In this document: positions 57,651 to 64,000 of the stretch, piece by piece | How the letters are laid out: each line of letters begins with the position of its first letter | Numbering within the stretch: position 1 is the stretch's first letter | Assembly (NCBI GenBank): GCA_963711005.1 | Contig: CAVQCJ010000004.1 | Location: forward strand, 464,099-528,098 | Source: an uncultured Actinomycetota bacterium | GTDB taxonomy: Bacteria > Actinomycetota > Actinomycetes > Prado026 | Direction: 5' to 3' | DNA: 64,000 bases | Notes under the pieces: model-generated | Databases searched by the model: none | What the model was told of the DNA's origin: nothing | The model's input: only the letters and a program-made list of their open reading frames with translations | Position numbers and translations under genes: made by a program

Positions 57651-57666
57651 GGATATTGGATCCAAT
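57651..57666 (-). promoter_or_regulatory. Putative GntR operator upstream of the acyl-CoA dehydrogenase gene
   Basis: ATTGGATCCAATATCC on the minus strand; 13/16 identical to 54594-54609. Confidence 0.65.
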
Positions 57667-58050
57667 CTACCGGACGATGACGTACAGCTTGCGCACGGGC
57701 TCGAGGATGTCCCACCGGCCGGACCAGCCGCGGGGCAGCACGAGCACGTCGCCGGGGCCGAGCTCGGTCGAGCCCCCGCCGGCGTCGGTCAGCCGGGCGC
57801 GGCCGGCGAGGATCTGCACGGTCTCGGTGTCCGGGCGGTCGGTGATCGCCCAGCCGCCGGGCGTGCACGCCCACACGCCCACCTCCACCGGACCGTCGGC
57901 AGATCCGAAGAACGTCAGCCCGGACATGCACGGGTCGCCGGAGTCGGCGCCGACCCGTGGCCCCCAGTCCTCCAGGTCCCCGGCGAGGACTTCCGCGGGG
58001 ATGCCGACCAGCAGCGGGTGGACGGGCCTACGCGACTCCGCGACGCTCAT
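57667..58050 (-). CDS. Cupin domain protein (DUF861/EutQ-like)
   Basis: GVWACTPG, ETVQILAG, PRGWSGRW, RKLYV; TAGGCT hexamer 7 nt before the ATG. Confidence 0.88.
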   Translation of the reverse strand: MSVAESRRPVHPLLVGIPAEVLAGDLEDWGPRVGADSGDPCMSGLTFFGSADGPVEVGVWACTPGGWAITDRPDTETVQILAGRARLTDAGGGSTELGPGDVLVLPRGWSGRWDILEPVRKLYVIVR

Positions 58051-58152
58051 GACGGTCAGCCTAGGGCTGCCCCCGGCGTCAGTACGATGCGTGGGCTCGC
58101 CGCCGGCCAGGCAGAGCTCAGCAGCCACAGCTCAGCAGAACGTGAGGTCCCC

Positions 58153-59490
58153 GTGCCCGACCGTCCGATGACGTTCCTGTTCATGCCCGAGTCCGCGTAC
58201 GGGCCGACGAACAACTGCGTGGGGGTCGGCGAGATCCTGCTGCGGCGCGGCCACCGGGTCGTGTTCGCGGCGGAGGCGTCCTGGGACGGCAAGCTCGCCG
58301 CGCTCGGCTTCGAGGAGGACCTCGTCCACCTCTCGCCGCCGCCGGAGCCCGCGCCGGACGGCTCCGGCGACGCCGGCTCGGCCGCCGACCAGGACCCGGG
58401 CGCGTTCTGGAAGGAGTTCATCCGGGACACCGCGCCCGAGTTCCGCAAGCCGACGATCGAGCAGCTCGAGACGTTCATGGCCCCGACCTGGCAGGCGCTG
58501 ATCGACGGCGCCCGGTACTGCGAGCCGCAGCTGCGCGAGATCATCGGGCGCAACCGGCCCGACGTCATCGTCGAGGACAACGTGGTGGCGTTCCCGGCCC
58601 TCACGACCGCCGGGGTCCCGTTCGTCCGGATGGTGTCGTGCAACCCGCTCGAGGTGCCGGGGGCGGACATCCCGCCCCCGTACTCCGGCCTGCCGTCGGC
58701 CGACCGGTCCCAGTGGGCCGACTTCCGCAAGGAGTACGACCGGACGCACCGCACGCTGTGGGCGGAGTTCGACCAGTGGAGCGTCGAGCAGGGCGCCGCG
58801 CGGCTGCCCGACCTGGAGTTCGTGCCGACGTCCGAGCACGCCAACCTGTACGTCTACCCGGAGGTCGCCGACTACACCGACGCGCGCCCGCTCGGTCCCA
58901 CCTGGCACCGGCTCGACTCGTCGGTGCGCACCACGGACCGGCCGGTCGAGCTGCCGTCATCGATCACCCAGCGCCCCGACGGCAGCGCGCTCGTGTACCT
59001 GTCCCTGGGGTCGCTCGGCTCGGCGGACGTCGACCTGATGCGCCGCCTGGTCTCCGTGCTGGCGGACACCCCGCACCGCTACATCGTCTCGAAGGGGCCG
59101 CAGGCCGCGGAGTACGACCTCGCGCCGAACATGTGGGGCGCCGAGTTCCTGCCGCAGACCACGCTGCTGCCGCTCGTCGACCTGGTCATCACGCACGGCG
59201 GCAACAACACCACCACCGAGGCGTTCCACCACGGCAAGCCGATGGTGGTCCTGCCGCTGTTCTGGGACCAGTACGACAACGCCCAGCGTGTCGACGAGAC
59301 CGGCTTCGGCGTGCGGCTGAGAACGTACGCGTTCACCGACGCGGAGCTGACCGGCTCGGTCGACCGCCTGCTCGCGGACCAACGCCTTCGGGAGCGGATG
59401 GCGGCGAACGGCGCGACGATCCGCAGCCGCGACGGGCGCACCCGGGCTGCCGACATCCTCGAGCAGGTCGGTCGTTCGGCGCAGAGGTGA
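58153..59490 (+). CDS. GT1 (MGT/UDPGT-like) glycosyltransferase
   Basis: YLSLGSLG, FLPQ..LL, ITHGGNNT, PLFWDQYDNA. Confidence 0.9.
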   Translation: MPDRPMTFLFMPESAYGPTNNCVGVGEILLRRGHRVVFAAEASWDGKLAALGFEEDLVHLSPPPEPAPDGSGDAGSAADQDPGAFWKEFIRDTAPEFRKPTIEQLETFMAPTWQALIDGARYCEPQLREIIGRNRPDVIVEDNVVAFPALTTAGVPFVRMVSCNPLEVPGADIPPPYSGLPSADRSQWADFRKEYDRTHRTLWAEFDQWSVEQGAARLPDLEFVPTSEHANLYVYPEVADYTDARPLGPTWHRLDSSVRTTDRPVELPSSITQRPDGSALVYLSLGSLGSADVDLMRRLVSVLADTPHRYIVSKGPQAAEYDLAPNMWGAEFLPQTTLLPLVDLVITHGGNNTTTEAFHHGKPMVVLPLFWDQYDNAQRVDETGFGVRLRTYAFTDAELTGSVDRLLADQRLRERMAANGATIRSRDGRTRAADILEQVGRSAQR

Positions 59491-60878
59491 CGGCCGTCCT
59501 CGCGCTCGCCACGGCCGTCGGGCGGGCCGCCCCGGCGCAGCTGCTGCCCGCCCGCAGGGCCGGCGAGGAGTCCCGGTTGGCGCTCCCGCTGCGACTGGTC
59601 GACGCGCTCGAGCTGCCCTCCGATGACCCGGACGCTCCGGTCTGGGCGACCGTGGTCGCGGACTCGGCGGGGACGACGCTGTCGGTGCCGTTGGTCGGCG
59701 ACGCGGCGGCGGCGGGCGGCCTGCGGCGGGCGAGGCCGGGCGACGGCGCGGCCGAGGCGTTGCTCGCGCTGCTACGCGCGCCGGCGGCACCGGGACCGTT
59801 CGAGGTCGTCCCGCTGCACCCCGTCGTCGCGGTGGGGGAGTCGCCGGTCGACGTGGACCAGACGCACGACTCGGTGGTCGTCGGCCTCGGCACCGACGAC
59901 GCGGTCGTCGTGAAGTGGTCGGTGCACGTGGAGCCGGTGCCGTCGCTGCCGCCGTCCGTCGCCGCGATGCGGCACCTGGACGCGGTCGGTTTCAGCTCGA
60001 CCCCGACACCGGTCGGGTTCTTGCTGCACCGCTCGGAGCGCGGGCGGTTGCTCGTGGCCTCGGTCTCCCGCCACCTGCCGGGCGCGCTCGACGGCTGGGA
60101 CTGGTCTGTCGATGACCTGACCGCGTTCCTGGCCGGGCGGCTCGACGCGGCCGCCGCGGTGGCGCCCGCAGCCGAGCTCGGCACCCTGGTCGCCGGGATG
60201 CACGCGGCGTTCGCGACGGCGTGGGCCGGCTGCCCGATGCCGGTCACGCAGGCGACGCCCGTCGACGCGGCGCGCTGGCTGGACCGCGCGCTGCGCACCG
60301 TGGACGAGGCGCGGACCGTGACCGCAGCGGCGGCGGGGGACCGGTTCCGGCGTCGCGCCGACACCGCCCGGGCGGTCATCCGCCGCGGCCTCGCAGCGGC
60401 GGTCGGTACCCCGATGATCCGCGTCCACGGCGACCTGCACGTGGGGCAGGTCCTGCGCTGGCACGGCGGCTACGCCGTGTCCGACTTCGACGGGAACCCG
60501 GTGCTGCCGGCCGCCGAGCGGGACCTGCCACAGCCCGCGGCCCGCGACGTCGCGGGCATGCTCCGCGCGCTGGACCACGTCGGCCGGATCGTCGACCGGC
60601 GCACCGACCGTGCGGCCGCCGCCCGGGTGCGGGACTGGACCAGGCAGGTCCGCGAGGCGTTCCTCGTGTCGTACCGCGCGGGTCTGGCCGCGGCCGCTGC
60701 GGACGGTGCTGCCGACGCGGCGGGGTTGTTCGACGAGACGCTGCTGCCGGCCTTCGAGGTGGAGCAGGAGTGCCGCGAGCTCGTGTACGCGGCGCGGCAC
60801 CTGCCGCGCTGGACGTACGTCCCCGACGCCGCGCTCGCGGACCTGCTCCCGGTTCCCGGGGAGGACGTCGATGGCTGA
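59487..60878 (+). CDS. Maltokinase-fold sugar kinase, actinobacterial glucosamine kinase-like
   Basis: DQTHDSVVVG, VVVKW, RVHGDLHVGQ, DFDGNP, RDVAGM; GTGA overlap with the GT gene. Confidence 0.8.
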   Translation: MTAVLALATAVGRAAPAQLLPARRAGEESRLALPLRLVDALELPSDDPDAPVWATVVADSAGTTLSVPLVGDAAAAGGLRRARPGDGAAEALLALLRAPAAPGPFEVVPLHPVVAVGESPVDVDQTHDSVVVGLGTDDAVVVKWSVHVEPVPSLPPSVAAMRHLDAVGFSSTPTPVGFLLHRSERGRLLVASVSRHLPGALDGWDWSVDDLTAFLAGRLDAAAAVAPAAELGTLVAGMHAAFATAWAGCPMPVTQATPVDAARWLDRALRTVDEARTVTAAAAGDRFRRRADTARAVIRRGLAAAVGTPMIRVHGDLHVGQVLRWHGGYAVSDFDGNPVLPAAERDLPQPAARDVAGMLRALDHVGRIVDRRTDRAAAARVRDWTRQVREAFLVSYRAGLAAAAADGAADAAGLFDETLLPAFEVEQECRELVYAARHLPRWTYVPDAALADLLPVPGEDVDG

Positions 60879-61851
60879 GATGAACCCGGCGGGCTTCCTC
60901 GGCGACGTCGAGGCGACCCCGGGCTCCCTGGTCCGACTCGCCGACGCCATCGACCGCGACCTGCTCGGGCTGGGCCGGCTGCGGCTCAGGGACGCCGACC
61001 GGGTCCTGCTGCTCGGGATGGGTTCGTCCGCGTACGCGGCCGGGGTGGTCGCCGCGCGGCTGCGCTCGTCGGGGGTGTCCGCCGTCGCCGAGCTCGCCTC
61101 GTCCGCGCTGCTGCCGCCGCCGACACCAGGGACGCTCGTCCTGGCCGTGTCGGCGAGCGGCGCCTCGGCGGAGACCCTGGCGGCCACGCGGCGGTACGCC
61201 GGCCGGTGCCGCGTCGTCGCGGTGACCGACATCCCGGGCGGCCCGGTCGGCGAGGCGGCCGATGCCGTGGTCGGGCTGTTGTCCGGACCCGAGCCGGGCG
61301 GCGTGTCCTGCCGCTCGTACCGGCACACCCTCGCCGTGCTGCTCGCAGTGGCCGAGCAGCTCGCGCCGGGGACGGCGCCCGGACTGCCCGCGCACTGCCG
61401 GCGGGCGGCCGAGTCGACGGCCGCGCTGCTCGACGCGCGCTCGCAGTGGCTGCCCGAGGTCGCGCGGCACCTGGACGGTCCGGTCGGTTCCTGGGTGGTC
61501 GGTCCAGCCGCCCGGCTGGCCTCCGCGCAGCAGTCCGCGCTCATGCTCCGCGAGGGGCCGCGGGTGCCGGCGCACGCCGCCGAGACCGGCGACTGGTCGC
61601 ACGTGGACGTGTACCTCACCAGGACCGTCGACTACCGGATGCTGCTGCTGCCGGGGTCAGCCTGGGACGACGAGCTGCTGCGTTGGACGACCGAGCGCGG
61701 GTCGACCGTGGTAAGCGTCGGCGGACCCGTCGCCGGCGGCCGCTACGACGTCGGGTACGACGGCCACGACGTGGCCGACGTGGCACTGCTGACCGAGACC
61801 ACCGTGGCCGAGCTGGTCGCTCACCAGTGGTGGGCGGCGCAGCGGTCGTAG
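60871..61851 (+). CDS. Double SIS-domain sugar-phosphate isomerase/deaminase-like protein
   Basis: GMGSS, SASGAS.ET, ALMLREG, GDWSH (GlmS C-terminal-like). Confidence 0.85.
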   Translation: MAEMNPAGFLGDVEATPGSLVRLADAIDRDLLGLGRLRLRDADRVLLLGMGSSAYAAGVVAARLRSSGVSAVAELASSALLPPPTPGTLVLAVSASGASAETLAATRRYAGRCRVVAVTDIPGGPVGEAADAVVGLLSGPEPGGVSCRSYRHTLAVLLAVAEQLAPGTAPGLPAHCRRAAESTAALLDARSQWLPEVARHLDGPVGSWVVGPAARLASAQQSALMLREGPRVPAHAAETGDWSHVDVYLTRTVDYRMLLLPGSAWDDELLRWTTERGSTVVSVGGPVAGGRYDVGYDGHDVADVALLTETTVAELVAHQWWAAQRS

Positions 61852-61857
61852 CCGGGG

Positions 61858-62052
61858 CTAGCCGCCGCTCTTGCGGCGGAACTCGCGCTGCCGCTTGCTG
61901 TTCGCGGTCCGGGTGGACGCTTTGGCGGCGGGGTCGCCAGGACCGTCCGACGCGCCGGTCTGGTGCTTGCCCGCCTTGCGGTCGAGGGCGGCGCGGAACC
62001 GGGCGTGCAGCTCGTCCGGAGTCGGCTCGGACCCCTTGCTGTCGGAGGGCAT
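61858..62052 (-). CDS. DUF5302-like small basic protein
   Basis: FRAALDRK...REFRRKSGG; CAGAAT hexamer 6 nt before ATG 62052. Confidence 0.8.
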   Translation of the reverse strand: MPSDSKGSEPTPDELHARFRAALDRKAGKHQTGASDGPGDPAAKASTRTANSKRQREFRRKSGG

Positions 62053-62073
62053 GTCCACATTCTGCCCCGCCGT

Positions 62074-63486
62074 TCAGTGTCCCGTGAAGCGTCCGAACAC
62101 TGCGGCGCGTCGCGACTGGCGTCCGCTGCGCACCTCGGCCTGGTCGGCGCTGCTCATCACCCGCAGGCCGGTGTTCACACCGAGGAACCGCAGCGGCTCC
62201 GGTTCCCACCGGGGGGACCGGTGCCCGACCCAGGGGAGCGACAGGAGCTCGGAGTCGCGGCGGTCCAGGACGAGGTCGGCCAGCGTGCGGCCGGCCAGGT
62301 TCGTCGTGCCCACACCGTCGCCGACGTAGCCACCGGCCCACCCGACGCCGGTGCCGCGGTCCAGACCGACCGACGCGTACCAGTCCCGGGGCACACCGAG
62401 GGGACCGCCCCACGTGTGGGTAACGGCGAAGTCGGCGACGGCCGGGAACAGCTCGATCAGCACCCGGCGCAGCTCGGCGAACACCTGTGGCTCCCGGTCG
62501 AACTCGGGCCGGATCACCGAACCGAAGTGGTAGGGCGCGCCCCGGCCGCCGAACGCGAACCGGTCGTCCGCGGTCCGCTGGCCGTAGATGATCAGGTGCC
62601 GGTGGTCGTTGAACGTCTCGCGCCGCGACAGACCGATCTGCTCCCACACCGAGGTCGGCAGCGGCTCGGTCGCCAGCATCAGCGAGTAGACCGGCGCGAG
62701 ATCCCGCCGGTACCCGGGCAGCGACGGGGTGTAGCCCTCCGTCGCCCTGATCACGTGCTCCGCGCGCACCGAGCCGTACGGGGTGCGCACGACGCCGGGC
62801 TCCAGTGCCGTCGCCGGGGTGCCCTCGACGATGCGCACGCCGAGCCGCTCGACCACCTGGGCCAGCCCGCGGGCCAGCCGGGCCGGGTGGATCGCCGCGG
62901 TGTGCGGGGTGAACGTTCCGCCGAGCAGGTCGCTGGCGCCGACCCGCTCGCGCATCTCCTCGGCCGACAACCAGCTGTAGTCCTCGGCTCCGAATCCCCA
63001 GGCCCGGGCCTCGTCGATCTCGGCGCGGGCCCGTTCGGCCTGCGTCCGGCTCCGGGCCATCCCGACCGTGCCGCCCTTGGCCCAGTGCACGTCCAGGTCC
63101 TCGGCCACGACGACCCGGCCGACCTCGTCGACGGTGTCGAACATGGCCCGCTGCATGCGGATCGCGTCCTCGCGGGTGGACCCGCGTGCGATCTTCGCCC
63201 AGGACGCCGGGAACAGGCCCGAGCACCAGCCGCCGTTGCGGCCCGAGGCACCGAAGCCGGCCGTCTCGCGCTCGACCACCACCACCCGCAGCGAGGGGTC
63301 GGCCTTGACGAGGTAGTACGCCGTCCACAGCCCGGTGTACCCGGCCCCGACGATGGCCACGTCGGCGTCGGTGTCGCCGTCCAGCGCCGAGCGGCGCTCG
63401 CCGGTCATCGGACCCGGGAGCGTGTCCCACCACAGCGAGAGCCGACGGTAGCCGGAAAGGTCTCGGTCGGTGCCGGACGTCGTCAC
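62074..63486 (-). CDS. FAD-dependent oxidoreductase (DAO/PuuB-like)
   Basis: VGAGYTGLWTAY, GASGRNGGW, ATEGY, GGYVGDGV, WEPEP. Confidence 0.9.
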   Translation of the reverse strand: MTTSGTDRDLSGYRRLSLWWDTLPGPMTGERRSALDGDTDADVAIVGAGYTGLWTAYYLVKADPSLRVVVVERETAGFGASGRNGGWCSGLFPASWAKIARGSTREDAIRMQRAMFDTVDEVGRVVVAEDLDVHWAKGGTVGMARSRTQAERARAEIDEARAWGFGAEDYSWLSAEEMRERVGASDLLGGTFTPHTAAIHPARLARGLAQVVERLGVRIVEGTPATALEPGVVRTPYGSVRAEHVIRATEGYTPSLPGYRRDLAPVYSLMLATEPLPTSVWEQIGLSRRETFNDHRHLIIYGQRTADDRFAFGGRGAPYHFGSVIRPEFDREPQVFAELRRVLIELFPAVADFAVTHTWGGPLGVPRDWYASVGLDRGTGVGWAGGYVGDGVGTTNLAGRTLADLVLDRRDSELLSLPWVGHRSPRWEPEPLRFLGVNTGLRVMSSADQAEVRSGRQSRRAAVFGRFTGH

Positions 63487-64000
63487 GAGCTCCTCCGGGT
63501 CCAGCCGCGGATGTAGTCGGGGGCTGGCAGCGGGTAGGCGAGGTCGGGTGCGTCCACCGGCTCGCCGAACGTCTCGCGCAGCGGCACGGTGCCGGCCCAC
63601 ACCGGCAGCGCGACGTCCTCGGCCGGGTCGTCCGGGGGGCCGTCGCTGATCTTCACCGATGCCTCGTCCAGGCTGATCGCGAGGACGAGCGTGGCGGCCA
63701 GCTCCTTCTTGGTGGGCTGCCTCGCCTCGGCCCACCGCCCGGGCAGCAGGTGGTGCGTGACGAGCTCGAGCGCGGCCAGCTTGGCCGCACCCCGTACCGG
63801 CGTGCAGGAACCCAGCACCATGGCCGAGCGGTAGTGCATGGACGACTCGAACACCGACCTGGCCAGCACCATCCCGTCCAGCAGGGTGACCGTCAGGCAG
63901 GTCGGCCCGCCGCGGGCCAGGGACCGGAACAGCCGCGAGCCGGTCGACCCGTGGAACAGCACCCGCTCCCCGTCGCGCGCGTAAGCGACGGGGACGACGA
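63483..64000 (-). CDS. Pyridoxamine 5'-phosphate oxidase-like (NimA-like) protein, 5' end outside window
   Basis: HGSTGSR, TVTLLDG.VLARS.F.SSMHYRS, VWAG. Confidence 0.85.
   Translation of the reverse strand, partial: VVPVAYARDGERVLFHGSTGSRLFRSLARGGPTCLTVTLLDGMVLARSVFESSMHYRSAMVLGSCTPVRGAAKLAALELVTHHLLPGRWAEARQPTKKELAATLVLAISLDEASVKISDGPPDDPAEDVALPVWAGTVPLRETFGEPVDAPDLAYPLPAPDYIRGWTRRSS

Noticed and set aside
56992-58152. Long N-terminal extensions in the ORF track (832-aa GT; also ffh, rsmD, DAK2, IclR, glnK) suggesting fusions
   Set aside because: Extensions overlap other real genes and reflect stop-codon scarcity; family motifs begin at the downstream starts
59487-60878. Aminoglycoside phosphotransferase resistance gene
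   Set aside because: Length and motifs fit the maltokinase/glucosamine-kinase branch of the fold rather than APH enzymes

Overview
High-GC Actinomycetota chromosomal window, mostly core genome in the conserved actinobacterial order: gpsA-ddl-thiL-rpmB-DAK2-recG-rsmD-coaD-yceD-rpmF-rnc-mutM-smc-ftsY, then amtB-glnK-glnD-ffh-rpsP-khpA-rimM-trmD-rplS-lepB-rnhB-yraN-comM-dprA-xerC-whiG-rpsB-tsf-pyrH-frr-cdsA-rlmN. Two accessory blocks stand out. (1) About 10 kb between ftsY and amtB holds a histidine-utilisation operon (hutH-hutU-amidohydrolase-hutF-hutI) with a divergent IclR/HutR regulator and visible operator, plus an unrecognised two-gene module (a multi-TM protein and a small acidic protein). 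(2) After rlmN there is a catabolic region: CoA-transferase/GntR/glutaryl-CoA-dehydrogenase-like genes sharing an operator, a cupin, a translationally coupled glycosyltransferase + glucosamine-kinase-like + SIS-domain operon, and a PuuB-like FAD oxidoreductase. I also see GlnR boxes, a BldM-like box, many leaderless-type promoters and several short intergenic tandem repeats. I found no rRNA, tRNA, CRISPR array or transposase. All product calls come from motif recognition and synteny by eye, without database searches; many start codons are my estimates.
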